From Chthonomonadales bacterium (lineage in GTDB: Bacteria; Armatimonadota; Chthonomonadetes; Chthonomonadales; Chthonomonadaceae): a DNA stretch of 14,872 nt. The translations under genes and the position numbers were made by a program. Shown here one piece after another: positions 1 to 9,108 of this stretch (the first letter of the stretch is position 1; every line of letters starts with the position of its first letter). A model generated the notes under the pieces. The model was not told the DNA's origin and searched no databases. It worked only from the letters and a program-made list of their open reading frames with translations. The DNA lies in the NCBI GenBank assembly GCA_038217285.1, contig JBBQPO010000154.1, forward strand, positions 1 to 14,872, read 5' to 3'.

Positions 1-2
1 CG

Positions 3-1148
3 GAATCCACGCTGCGTTCGTCCGACGTCGGCTATGACAACGCCCGGGTAACGGCGCGGATGGAAGCGTCTCTGAGCACGGCCCGCATCGCGGAGGCTGC
101 CGCGAAAGCCGCGCAGAGCGAAGCCGCCTTGCAGGCGGCCACTGCGAAACAGGAGCTTGTTCAGGCTGGCCCGCGCCGGCAGGAGCGTGAGCAGGCGACG
201 CTGGCGGTCTCACAGACAAAGGCCGGTCTTACGCTTGCTGACAACAATTTGAAGCGGATGCGCAGTCTCTTTCAGGAAGGCGCGATCTCCGCGCAGCAGT
301 TGGACCAGATCCAGGCGCAGTACGAGGTGGCAAAATCTCAGTTCGAGACGGCGCAGCAGGGCAAGAGTATCGTCGAGGAAGGCAGCCGCACCGAAGAGAT
401 CCGGGTGGCTCGGCAGACTGTCCTTCAGGCCCAAGCCGCCTTGCGGGAAGCCCAGGCGGGCCTGAAGTCGGCGCAGGCGAGCGCACTTCAGGCCGAGGTT
501 CGCAAGCAGGAGATCCAGGGCGCGCAGGCACGGATCGGTCAGGCTCAGGCCGGCCTCGATATGGCCAGGGTCACCCGTAACTACGCCGTTATCACCGCCC
601 CTTTCGACGGCATCATTACGAAACGCCTGGCGGATCCCGGCGCGATGGCAAGCCCGAGTCTGCCTTTGCTCCAACTTCAGGGCGGGGCGCTGCGATTGGA
701 AGCGGTCGTGCCGGAGAGTATTCTGGCCTCGGTGAGAAAGGGGATGGCCGTCCCTGTACACTTCGATGCTCTGCGGAACTCCTCCCTCACGGGGCATGTC
801 GTGGAGATCGCGCCTCAGGGAGACGCGAGCAGCCATACGTTCGTCGTGAAAATTACCCTGCCGCTCGGAAGCGGCGCGGTTGCCGGAATGTTCGGACGCG
901 CGCGCTTTACGACAGGATCCGAAAAACTGTTGTTGGTTCCTGCCTCGGCGGTCTTCGAGCGCGAGGGGCTGCACTACCTCTATACGGTGGATGACAACCG
1001 GATCGCCCGTCTGCGGATGATCACGGTGGGAGATACGGTTGGTCCACAGGTAACGGTCCTCTCCGGCTTGAATTCCGGCGAGCGCATCGTCACCACCGCT
1101 CCCCAACGGGTGACGGATGGCGTACGCGTTGTAGAAGAGACAAGGTGA
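3..1148 (+). CDS. RND efflux periplasmic adaptor (membrane fusion protein), 5'-partial
   Basis: Frame is open from base 3 (ESTLRSSDVGYDNARVTARM...), so ATG 60 is internal. Long Ala/Gln-rich alpha-helical hairpin, 'ITAPFDGII' lipoyl-half motif, 'PASAV' and 'VLSGLNSGERIV' C-terminal MFP motifs; 3 nt upstream of the RND permease. Confidence 0.93.
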   Translation, partial: ESTLRSSDVGYDNARVTARMEASLSTARIAEAAAKAAQSEAALQAATAKQELVQAGPRRQEREQATLAVSQTKAGLTLADNNLKRMRSLFQEGAISAQQLDQIQAQYEVAKSQFETAQQGKSIVEEGSRTEEIRVARQTVLQAQAALREAQAGLKSAQASALQAEVRKQEIQGAQARIGQAQAGLDMARVTRNYAVITAPFDGIITKRLADPGAMASPSLPLLQLQGGALRLEAVVPESILASVRKGMAVPVHFDALRNSSLTGHVVEIAPQGDASSHTFVVKITLPLGSGAVAGMFGRARFTTGSEKLLLVPASAVFEREGLHYLYTVDDNRIARLRMITVGDTVGPQVTVLSGLNSGERIVTTAPQRVTDGVRVVEETR

Positions 1149-1151
1149 ACG

Positions 1152-4100
1152 ATGCAGACCGATCCGGAAAAACCGACGTTTCAGGTGGGCATCGCCGGGC
1201 GGATAGCCGCCGCCTTCATCAACTCTAAGCTCACCCCGCTGATTATTATCGCCTCTCTGCTGCTCGGCGTTTTCGCGGTGCTGAAGACGCCGCGCGAGGA
1301 GGAACCGCAGATCATCGTGCCGCTTATGGACGTGATGGTCTCCCTGCCGGGCGCGACGGCGAAAGAGGTAGAGCAGCGCGTGACGAACCCGATGGAGAAG
1401 CTGCTCTGGGAGATACCCGGCGTCGAGTACCTCTACACGACCTCCAGCCCCGGCCAGAGTCTGGCGATTGTGCGGTTCTATGTCGGGCAGGACCAGGAGG
1501 CGGCCCTGGTGCGCCTGCGCGAAAAACTGCAGTCGCACTACGACATCATCCCGCCCGGGGCCTCTCTGCCGATCATCAAGCCGCGTTCCATCGACGACGT
1601 GCCGATCCTGGCGCTGACGCTGCACAGTTCTCACTACGACGCGGCCGCGCTGCGTCAGTTCGCGAGCCGCGTCGAGACGGCCGTCAAGCAGGTGGACAAC
1701 GTCTCGGAAACCATACTGATCGGCGGTCGGCGGAGGGAGATCGCCATTACGGTCGATAAGGATCGATTGACAGGCTTTGGCCTGACTCCGGACGGCGTGG
1801 CTCAGGCGCTTCAGGGGGCCAACCAGCGATCCCAGGCGGGAGTCTTCTCCCAGAACAACGCGGAGCTCTCCGTAAAAACAGGGGAGTTCTTGCGAACCTC
1901 CCAGGATGTCGGCAAGGTCGTGGTCGGCGCGGTCAACGGTCGCCCGGTCTTTGTAAGAGACATCGCCTCCGTACAGGATGGGCCGGAGGAGCCGAGCCAG
2001 GTTGTTCAGTTCGGTTATGGGCCTGCCGCCAAAAAGAGGGAGCCTGCGCTCGAACCTGCGGTGACTATCTCGGTCGCCAAGCGTCCCGGCAAGAACGCGG
2101 TAGACATCGCGAACGCCGTTTTGGCGAAGGTGGACAGTCTGAAAGGCCGACTGCTGCCCTCCGATGTAACGGTGACTGTGACCCGCAACTACGGCGAGAC
2201 CGCCGCCGAGAAATCAGGTGAGCTTCTCTACCACATGGGGATCGCAGTCGTCTCGGTCACGCTGCTCATCGCGATCACGCTAGGGAAAAAGGAGTCGCTG
2301 GTCGTGGCCGTCGCTATTCCGGTAACGCTGGCGCTGACCCTGCTGGTCTTCTATCTCTATGGCTACACCCTGAACCGCATCACGCTGTTCGCGCTGATCT
2401 TCTCCATCGGTATTCTGGTGGACGATGCGATCGTGGTCGTCGAGAACATCGTTCGCCACTACCGGATGCCGGACGGCGAGCGCCGACCGCCGCTCGAAGC
2501 CGCCATCCATGCCGTGGACGAGGTCGGCAACCCCACGATTCTGGCGACCTTCGCCGTCATCGCCGCGATCCTGCCGATGGCTTTCGTCGGTGGGCTGATG
2601 GGGCCATACATGCGCCCCATCCCGGTCGGAGCTTCGGCGGCGATGCTCTTCTCGCTCCTCATCGCCTTCATCGTCACCCCCTGGGCGGCGTACCGGCTGC
2701 TGCGGGGGGAGCACGGCAAATCTCACGGAGGCAAGCATGCACCGGGAACCGTGGAGGACGACGCCATGACCCGCCTCTATCGCCGGATCATGACCCCTTT
2801 GCTCCGCTCCTGGAAGGTGCGTACCGTCTTCTTCGTGAGCGTGATTGGCCTGCTTCTGGGCGCGATGGCGCTGGTCGGCTTCAAAGCTGTCACGGTCAAG
2901 ATGCTGCCGTTCGACAACAAGAACGAGTTTCAGATCATGGTGGATATGCCGACAGGAACGACCCTCGAACAGACGGCAGCCGCGACACGTGCGTTGGGAG
3001 ATTATGTGGCGACCATCCCCGAAGTCGAGAACTATCAACTGGTTGTCGGAACCTCCAGTCCCTACAACTTCAACGGCCTGGTGCGTCACTACTATCTGCG
3101 GAACCAGCCGTATCAGGCCGATATTCAGGTGAACCTCATCGGCAAAGGGGAGCGCAAAGCGCAGAGTCATGCCATCGCCAAACGGATCCGACCCGAGATC
3201 GAGCGGATCGCGAAGCGGTGGGGAGTACGCGTCAAGATCGCCGAAGTACCGCCTGGCCCTCCTGTGCTGGAGACGCTGGTGGCCGAAGTCTATGGCCCGA
3301 CCCCGGAGCGCAGAACGGCAGTCGCCCGGCAGGTGAAGCGGATCTTCGAGACAACCGACAGCGTCACCGACGTGGACTGGTATATGGACGACGACCAGCA
3401 GACCGTCCAGTTCGTAGTGGACGGCGAGAAGGCGGCGCTCAACGGAGTGGACACGCAGGCCGTCAACCGAACGCTCGAAATGGCCCTGGCAGGCGCCCAG
3501 GTCGGGCTGGCGCACGACGAGGCGGCAAGAGAAGATGTGCCGCTGCGGGTACGCCTTTCACGCGTGGACCGCAGCAGTTTGAATGGACTGGCGTCTCTTT
3601 CGGTCGCTGCAAAGGACGGCCGTCTGATACCGATCCGGGAACTCGTGAAGACGGTCGCGATCCCGACCGAGAAGGCGATCTACCATAAGAACCTGATGCC
3701 CGTCGTCTACGTTACCGGAGATGTGACCGGGCGGCAGGAGAGCCCCGTCTACGCCATCTTCGCCATGAACAACAAACTGGCCGACTTGCGACTGCCGGAA
3801 GGTTACAAGCTCAATGTTCTGAACATCGCCATGCCGTTCACCACCGACCGATTGGCGATGAAGTGGGACGGGGAGTGGCACATCACGCTGGAGGTGTTCC
3901 GGGATCTCGGCATCGCCTTCGCGGCCGTGTTGGTGCTGATCTATATCCTGGTGGTGGCCTGGTTCCAGTCGTTCACGACTCCCCTCGTCATCATGGCCCC
4001 GATCCCGCTGACGCTGGTGGGCATCCTGCCCGCCCATGCCCTGATGGGCGCGTTCTTCACCGCGACCTCGATGATCGGGTTTATCGCCGGGGCCGGCATC

Positions 4101-4457
4101 ATCGTGCGCAACTCCATCATTCTGGTGGACTTTATCGAGTTGCGACTGCGGGAGGGGATGCCGCTGGAACAGGCGGTCATCGATGCGGGGGCGACCCGTT
4201 TCCGCCCTATGCTTCTGACGGCAGCGGCGGTGATCGTCGGCTCGTTCGTCATTCTGTTCGATCCGATCTTTCAGGGACTCGCCATCGCGCTCATGGCGGG
4301 CGAGATCGCCTCCACGCTGCTCTCCCGCCTGGCGGTGCCTATACTCTACTATATGATGAAACGCCAGGAGCTGAGCCATAGCGCGCCTGTCAGCCTGCCG
4401 TCCGGCAAATCAACACCTCCAGGTGCGGATACCCCGAAACTGGCTGAAACACAGTGA
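1152..4457 (+). CDS. AcrB/AcrD/AcrF-family RND efflux permease
   Basis: 1101 aa with two hydrophobic TM clusters separated by large periplasmic domains; TM4 '[14 protein letters not shown]' (proton-relay Asp pair), '[12 protein letters not shown]' and 'RFRPMLLT' motifs. Confidence 0.96.
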   Translation: MQTDPEKPTFQVGIAGRIAAAFINSKLTPLIIIASLLLGVFAVLKTPREEEPQIIVPLMDVMVSLPGATAKEVEQRVTNPMEKLLWEIPGVEYLYTTSSPGQSLAIVRFYVGQDQEAALVRLREKLQSHYDIIPPGASLPIIKPRSIDDVPILALTLHSSHYDAAALRQFASRVETAVKQVDNVSETILIGGRRREIAITVDKDRLTGFGLTPDGVAQALQGANQRSQAGVFSQNNAELSVKTGEFLRTSQDVGKVVVGAVNGRPVFVRDIASVQDGPEEPSQVVQFGYGPAAKKREPALEPAVTISVAKRPGKNAVDIANAVLAKVDSLKGRLLPSDVTVTVTRNYGETAAEKSGELLYHMGIAVVSVTLLIAITLGKKESLVVAVAIPVTLALTLLVFYLYGYTLNRITLFALIFSIGILVDDAIVVVENIVRHYRMPDGERRPPLEAAIHAVDEVGNPTILATFAVIAAILPMAFVGGLMGPYMRPIPVGASAAMLFSLLIAFIVTPWAAYRLLRGEHGKSHGGKHAPGTVEDDAMTRLYRRIMTPLLRSWKVRTVFFVSVIGLLLGAMALVGFKAVTVKMLPFDNKNEFQIMVDMPTGTTLEQTAAATRALGDYVATIPEVENYQLVVGTSSPYNFNGLVRHYYLRNQPYQADIQVNLIGKGERKAQSHAIAKRIRPEIERIAKRWGVRVKIAEVPPGPPVLETLVAEVYGPTPERRTAVARQVKRIFETTDSVTDVDWYMDDDQQTVQFVVDGEKAALNGVDTQAVNRTLEMALAGAQVGLAHDEAAREDVPLRVRLSRVDRSSLNGLASLSVAAKDGRLIPIRELVKTVAIPTEKAIYHKNLMPVVYVTGDVTGRQESPVYAIFAMNNKLADLRLPEGYKLNVLNIAMPFTTDRLAMKWDGEWHITLEVFRDLGIAFAAVLVLIYILVVAWFQSFTTPLVIMAPIPLTLVGILPAHALMGAFFTATSMIGFIAGAGIIVRNSIILVDFIELRLREGMPLEQAVIDAGATRFRPMLLTAAAVIVGSFVILFDPIFQGLAIALMAGEIASTLLSRLAVPILYYMMKRQELSHSAPVSLPSGKSTPPGADTPKLAETQ

Positions 4458-4471
4458 ACCTGCAGAGAAGT

Positions 4472-4500
4472 CAGCCGACTTGCCACCAATCAGTCGGCTG
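4472..4500. repeat. Intergenic inverted repeat (stem-loop without U-tract)
   Basis: CAGCCGACT (4472-4480) / AGTCGGCTG (4492-4500): perfect 9-bp arms, 11-nt loop, between the permease stop and the DUF302 RBS. Confidence 0.6.
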
Positions 4501-4533
4501 GAAACGTACATCGGAATTAAGGAGAGAACAGAT

Positions 4534-4941
4534 ATGAACACTACGATAACACCGACCTATGGCCTCTCACTGACGCTCACGTCCACGTTTGACGAAACCA
4601 TGACGCGCGTCAAGGAGGCGTTTAAATCGGAAGGATTCGGCGTTCTAACCGAAATGAACGTACAATACACCCTGCGAGAAAAGATCGGACTGGAGATGGC
4701 TCCTTATACCGTGCTGGGGATGTGCAATCCTGACCTGGCGTCGCGCGCCATTGCGGCGGAACCCAACATCGGCCTGTTCCTGCCATGCAATGTGCTGTTG
4801 GCGCAACGCGGAGACCATGTGGAGGTAAGCGCACAGGACCCGCTCTTTATGGTTCCCATGACCGGTAATGAAGCCCTGCGGCCGATCGCTCAGGAGGCAC
4901 GGGAACGAATAGATCGCGCGCTCGCGCAGTTGCGGGCGTGA
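4534..4941 (+). CDS. DUF302 domain protein (135 aa)
   Basis: 'EGFGVLTEMNV', 'YTVLGMCNP' and 'IGLFLPCNV' are typical DUF302 motifs. Start moved from 4423 (which overlaps the permease) to ATG 4534, preceded by AAGGAG at 4519-4524. Confidence 0.9.
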   Translation: MNTTITPTYGLSLTLTSTFDETMTRVKEAFKSEGFGVLTEMNVQYTLREKIGLEMAPYTVLGMCNPDLASRAIAAEPNIGLFLPCNVLLAQRGDHVEVSAQDPLFMVPMTGNEALRPIAQEARERIDRALAQLRA

Positions 4942-5031
4942 TCGTACCGGTCGTCTCGCTTGAATAGAAAGCCTACGCAGGGAAAGACGGCAGCAACTGT
5001 CTTACCGGCGAGAAAGAGATAGGAAAATCGA

Positions 5032-5229
5032 ATGGACTGGTTGTATATCGTTGGTTTTGTGGCGTTCTGGCTGCTCTTGCAGCGCGTCATCCTGCCGAGA
5101 TTAGGCGTCTCGACTTGAATGGCGCCCGGCGCATGCGCGGTGGATCCGCGCCGAAAACAGCAGCAAACGGATGAGGAGATTTCTGCGGAACAGATCTCAG
5201 AACGGTCGGACATGACAGGGCGCAGGTGA
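5032..5229 (+). CDS. Small single-TM membrane protein, candidate selenoprotein (28 aa if UGA 5116-5118 is a stop; 65 aa if read as Sec)
   Basis: AGGA at 5021-5024, ATG 5032: MDWLYIVGFVAFWLLLQRVILPRLGVST-[UGA]-MAPGACAVDPRRKQQQTDEEISAEQISERSDMTGRR*. Fills the gap between DUF302 and the flavoprotein; absent from the ORF track. Confidence 0.65.
5135..5151 (+). promoter_or_regulatory. Candidate bacterial SECIS hairpin
   Basis: GCGCGG-TGGAT-CCGCGC: 6-bp all-GC stem with a G-containing apical loop beginning 22 nt after the in-frame UGA. Confidence 0.5.
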
Positions 5230-5246
5230 GGGAAGAAGAAGAACTC

Positions 5247-6917
5247 ATGAAGCAGAAAAGAGTACTGATCGTCGGCGGCGTCGCCGGGGGAGCAAGCGCA
5301 GCGGCCCGCGCCCGCCGACTGTCGGAAGAGGCGGAGATCCTGGTCTTTGAACGTGGTCCCCATGTCTCTTTCGCGAACTGTGGGCTGCCCTATTATGTAG
5401 GCGGCGAAATAAGTGACAGCAAAGATCTGGTGCTGCAGTCTCCGGAGGATCTTCACGCGCGCTTCAACCTGGATATAAGGGTGAACACAGAGGCGGTGCG
5501 CCTCGACCGCAACGAGAAGATCCTGGAGGTGCGCGATCTGCGCACCGGGGCCGTTGCGTACGAACCCTACGATGCGCTTCTGCTCTCTCCCGGCGCGAGC
5601 GCCATCAAGCCACGTATTCCCGGCATCGATCGCCCCGGTCACTTTACGCTCCGCACGGTGCCCGATACCCTTGCCATTTCCGCGTACATCGCTGAACATG
5701 GCGCACAGCGAGCGGTCGTTGTTGGGGGCGGCTACATCGGGATGGAGATGGTAGAACAGTTGGCACGGCGCGGACTGACCGTCTCCGTGGTCGAGGCACT
5801 GCCACAGGTCGTCGGGATCTTCGACGCCGAGATGGCGGCCTACCTGCATCGCGAACTCTCGGCAAACGGCGTCGATCTGCATCTCGGTGACAGCGTGGTC
5901 GCCTTCGAGGCTCCGGAAGAAGGAGAAGAGGCGGCGGCCTCTGTCGTCGTCCTCAAGAGCGGTGCAAGGCTGTCCGCCGACGTCGTCATCCTTGCCATGG
6001 GCGTACGCCCGGAGGTCGGGCTCGCGCATGCAGCCGGGCTGGAGATCGGCGCACTGGGCGGTATTCGCGTCGATAATCGGCTCCAGACAAGCGATCCACA
6101 TATCTGGGCAGTAGGAGATGCCATCGAGGTGCGGCACACCGTCACCGGAGAGTGGATGCTCATCGCTTTAGCCGGCCCGGCGAACCGGCAGGGACGCATC
6201 GCTGCCGACAACATTCTGGGCCGCCATTCCCTCTATGCAGGAACACTCGGCACCAGCATTCTGCGTCTGTTCGAGGTGACGGCGGCGGCGACAGGCGCCA
6301 ACGAGCGTATGCTCGACAAGGCCGGTATGGCTTATCAGGCGGTCCACCTCCATCCGAATGCGCATGCCGGATACTATCCTGGGGCCACACAGATCGCACT
6401 CAAACTGTTGTTCGCACCGGTATCCGGGAAAATTCTGGGGGCACAGGCCGTGGGACATTCTGGTGTGGACAAACGCATGGACGTCATCGCGACCGCGATC
6501 ATGGCGGAAATGACGGTTTCCGATCTTGCACAACTCGAACTCTCGTACGCTCCGCCCTTCGGGTCGGCCAAAGATCCGGTCAACCTCGCCGGCATGATCG
6601 CGGAGAATCTGCTTGCCGGCGATGTCGCGTCAGCCCAGTGGGACGAGGTCGAGAGTCTGGACGGCAACACCACTCTGCTGCTCGATGTGCGGCAGCCCGA
6701 GGAGTGGAACGAGGGACATATTCCCGGCGCGATTCCTATCCCGTTGACGGAGCTTCGAAATCGGTTGGTCGAACTTCCCGCAGACAGGGAGATCGTCGTC
6801 TACTGCCAGTCCGGCCAGAGATCGTACTATGCCTGCCGCATTCTTACGCAGAATGGCTTCCGATGCCGCAATCTGAGCGGCGCCTACCTGACCTGGTCCG
6901 CAGCCAGCGGACGATGA
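5247..6917 (+). CDS. CoA-disulfide reductase / NAD(P)H persulfide reductase-like flavoprotein with C-terminal rhodanese domain (CoADR-RHD/Npsr type)
   Basis: FAD motif 'IVGGVAGGAS', redox Cys in 'SFANCGLPY', NAD(H) motif 'GGGYIG..VVE', 'WAVGD', 'LSYAPPF', and rhodanese 'LLDVR...GHIPGA...VYCQSGQRS'. Start is ATG 5247 or GTG 5226. Confidence 0.93.
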   Translation: MKQKRVLIVGGVAGGASAAARARRLSEEAEILVFERGPHVSFANCGLPYYVGGEISDSKDLVLQSPEDLHARFNLDIRVNTEAVRLDRNEKILEVRDLRTGAVAYEPYDALLLSPGASAIKPRIPGIDRPGHFTLRTVPDTLAISAYIAEHGAQRAVVVGGGYIGMEMVEQLARRGLTVSVVEALPQVVGIFDAEMAAYLHRELSANGVDLHLGDSVVAFEAPEEGEEAAASVVVLKSGARLSADVVILAMGVRPEVGLAHAAGLEIGALGGIRVDNRLQTSDPHIWAVGDAIEVRHTVTGEWMLIALAGPANRQGRIAADNILGRHSLYAGTLGTSILRLFEVTAAATGANERMLDKAGMAYQAVHLHPNAHAGYYPGATQIALKLLFAPVSGKILGAQAVGHSGVDKRMDVIATAIMAEMTVSDLAQLELSYAPPFGSAKDPVNLAGMIAENLLAGDVASAQWDEVESLDGNTTLLLDVRQPEEWNEGHIPGAIPIPLTELRNRLVELPADREIVVYCQSGQRSYYACRILTQNGFRCRNLSGAYLTWSAASGR

Positions 6918-6945
6918 TACTCTCCTCAACACTATCTTTTATAAC

Positions 6946-6980
6946 TTGAGATACACTCTGTTTCATATCTATGGTAGAAT
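6946..6980 (+). promoter_or_regulatory. Putative sigma70-type promoter in an AT-rich intergenic tract
   Basis: Extended -10 TGgTAGAAT (6972-6980); alternatively TTGAGA (6946-6951) with an 18-nt spacer to TATGGT (6970-6975). Confidence 0.5.
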
Positions 6981-6989
6981 AGCCTTGAA

Positions 6990-7083
6990 CTATTTCGCCT
7001 GATATGATTTGTCGTTAAGCCCAGTATCCATGTTTTTTGCATTTAAGCGGTGGCGAAATAGAAGTGCTCCGTGTCTTGCACTT
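6990..7083 (+). other. Candidate structured 5' leader or ncRNA
   Basis: Perfect 10-bp inverted repeat CTATTTCGCC (6990-6999) / GGCGAAATAG (7052-7061) with possible inner pairing CGTTAAG / TTTAAGCG, directly followed by AAGTGC (7062-7067) / GCACTT (7078-7083). Confidence 0.4.
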
Positions 7084-7113
7084 GCCTCGTCGGCCTGCCT
7101 GAAGGAGAATCTC

Positions 7114-7308
7114 ATGCGATCCTGGCTCTGTGATGTCATTGGCTGCTCGGAAGTCGTCGCATGGGCGCGAGCGGCGCGAGTGGACGACTCTCCCGAAAAT
7201 TTTCTCTGCAATGCCTGCTGGCATGCACTGCGCGCCAACCACCCCGAGCGGACCACCTACTACACGGTATGCAATGCCGACCTTGCCACCCTCCCGGTTC
7301 AGCCCTGA
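7114..7308 (+). CDS. Small Cys-rich hypothetical protein (64 aa), possible Zn finger
   Basis: GAAGGAGA RBS at 7101-7108, ATG 7114; MRSWLCDVIGCSEVV...FLCNACWHAL..., i.e. Cx4C-x20-Cx2C. Confidence 0.65.
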   Translation: MRSWLCDVIGCSEVVAWARAARVDDSPENFLCNACWHALRANHPERTTYYTVCNADLATLPVQP

Positions 7309-7327
7309 TTCAAGTTCAAGAAGATCG

Positions 7328-8221
7328 TCAGCGCATCACCAGCACGGAGCAGTGGGCATGGTGCGCAACGCTATTGGAGACACTGCCGAGCAGCAGAGAA
7401 GTCAGAGCGCCCCGGCCCCGGGAGCCGAGGACGATCAGGCCGACGCCCAGGCGCCTGGCGAAGGCGGCAACGATCTCCGCAGGAGCACCTGTCTCCTGAT
7501 GACAGGAGCAGGCAACCCCGGTTCCTCTGGCTTCTGCACGAACGTCTGCGGTGATCTTCGCCAGCAGATGCTCCGCTCGGGAATACGGAGTCTCGCTGTC
7601 CGCGCCAAGATACGGCGACAGGCTGTAGGGAAGCGAAGCGCCGTCGAGCATATTGAGGACACGCAGAGAAGCGGCGAACTTTTGCGCGATCCCGACGGCA
7701 GCGACCGTGGCCTGAAGGGCGCCCTCCGAACCATCCGAAGCCAGCAGAACCTGCTGAAACGGAATTGGAATGTTACCCCGGACGATCAGGACAGGACAGT
7801 GGGCGTGATGCAGTACCCCTTCGGAGACACTGCCCAAGAGGAACGACGCCACATCGCTCACTCCTCGCCCGCCCAGCACAATCAAGTCTACGTCGTGCTG
7901 TTTGGCGACGCGAGTGATCGCCTCCACGGGACGACCGCATTCGAGCAAGGTTTCGTATTTAAGCCCGGCCTCCAGAAGAATTTTGCCGGTATGCTCGACC
8001 ATATCGCGCCGCGCTGTTTCGGCCTCTGCATCAAGCCCATCCTGACTGGCGGCAAACTCCCATCCCCCTCCTCCAAACGCCGGATACGCGGTGATGGCAG
8101 GGTCGTAGGTGTGTACCAGCACGACGGCGGAATGAAACGTTTGCGCGATCATCGCACCCATTCTCGTCGCCGCCAGGGCGCCTTCCGATCCATCCGAGCA
8201 GATCAAGATTTTGCTAAACAT
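7328..8221 (-). CDS. Universal stress protein, tandem two-domain (297 aa)
   Basis: Starts MFSKILICSDGS after an AGAAGGAG RBS; two USP domains with 'LGGRG...LLGSVS' and 'LGSRG...LLGSVS', each ending HAHCxVL. Confidence 0.93.
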   Translation of the reverse strand: MFSKILICSDGSEGALAATRMGAMIAQTFHSAVVLVHTYDPAITAYPAFGGGGWEFAASQDGLDAEAETARRDMVEHTGKILLEAGLKYETLLECGRPVEAITRVAKQHDVDLIVLGGRGVSDVASFLLGSVSEGVLHHAHCPVLIVRGNIPIPFQQVLLASDGSEGALQATVAAVGIAQKFAASLRVLNMLDGASLPYSLSPYLGADSETPYSRAEHLLAKITADVRAEARGTGVACSCHQETGAPAEIVAAFARRLGVGLIVLGSRGRGALTSLLLGSVSNSVAHHAHCSVLVMR

Positions 8222-8390
8222 GAGTCTCCTTCTTTCAGCCAGGTTGCCGTCAACAGGGTCGCTGCCGCTCAAAGCCGACCGGCATAAGAACCCATGGACG
8301 TATCGATTCATACCTGACCGCCCATTGCCGGAAACGCATGAGGTTCTCCTCTACGAACGAGCGAAGAGAGGCGCAAAACGATAGAGACCT

Positions 8391-8834
8391 CTATCGCATG
8401 ATCAGGACAGGGCAGGAGGCGTGGCGCAGTACGCCGTCGGAGACGCTGCCCAGGAGGAGAGTCTGCCAGTTGTTCAGACCGCGGCTGCCCAGTACGATCA
8501 GGTCTGCGTTTTCATCGTGCGCGATGGCGAGGATCCGGTCGACCGGGTGGCCGATCTCACGGCGGCACTCGTAGCGCAGTTTCGCAGCATCCAAGATGGC
8601 ACCGGTCTTCTCCTCGACGACTGTATGCAGTTCGGCGGCGTAACAACCCAGATTGCCGTCTGCCTCCGTGACGGATACCGGCAGGCCCGCGAAGGGGATC
8701 GGTATGTGGGCAGGATCGAACACACTCAGCAGAACGACGTGCGAATCGAATTTTTGGGCGATCTCGGCGGCCGCCCGGGCCGCAGCCAGAGCATGTTCGG
8801 AGCCGTCCGAACAGAGAACAATTTTACGGAACAT
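8391..8834 (-). CDS. Universal stress protein, single domain (147 aa)
   Basis: MFRKIVLCSDGS start aligns with the paralogue starts; 'ADLIVLGSRG...LLGSVSDGVLRHASCPVL'. Confidence 0.93.
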   Translation of the reverse strand: MFRKIVLCSDGSEHALAAARAAAEIAQKFDSHVVLLSVFDPAHIPIPFAGLPVSVTEADGNLGCYAAELHTVVEEKTGAILDAAKLRYECRREIGHPVDRILAIAHDENADLIVLGSRGLNNWQTLLLGSVSDGVLRHASCPVLIMR

Positions 8835-8868
8835 CGTTTTAGGATCCTTTCCCATCCGGAAACTGTTT

Positions 8869-9078
8869 CTATCGATTTTTCCAGCGGCGGGGAGCCGGTT
8901 CATAGCAGGCGACCCGTCCATCCAGGCTGGCTGGCAGGGTATCTTCCCTGTCCAGGACGATCTCACGATTCGAGTCGACTTGCCGGTAAACGCCGCGGGG
9001 AGCGCGTTCCCCAGCCAGGTAGAGGTCGCCTTCCCGTGGTTCTTTCAGAGTGGCGCCTGTTTTTGCGAATGTCGGCAT
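8869..9078 (-). CDS. Small hypothetical protein (69 aa), YjzC-like motif
   Basis: TAAGGAG RBS, ATG 9078; 'YLAGERAPRGVY...IVLDREDTLP' resembles the G-x2-AP-x-GxY...xP pattern of YjzC-like proteins (judged by eye). Confidence 0.7.
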   Translation of the reverse strand: MPTFAKTGATLKEPREGDLYLAGERAPRGVYRQVDSNREIVLDREDTLPASLDGRVACYEPAPRRWKNR

Positions 9079-9108
9079 GATTGTCTTCTCCTTACTTGGG
9101 ATGGCTCT

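Noticed and set aside
210-6932. Long antisense ORFs (210-1634, 2280-3515, 3558-4379, 4890-6137) and alternative-frame ORFs over the RND and flavoprotein genes
   Set aside because: Shadow ORFs typical of GC-rich coding DNA; no recognisable motifs and they overlap well-supported genes.
8316-8333. Degenerate fourth operator-like site (minus TTCCGG-CAATGG-GCGGTC)
   Set aside because: Only 4/6 matches per half-site, no CACA flank and no -10 hexamer at the 21-22 nt spacing.
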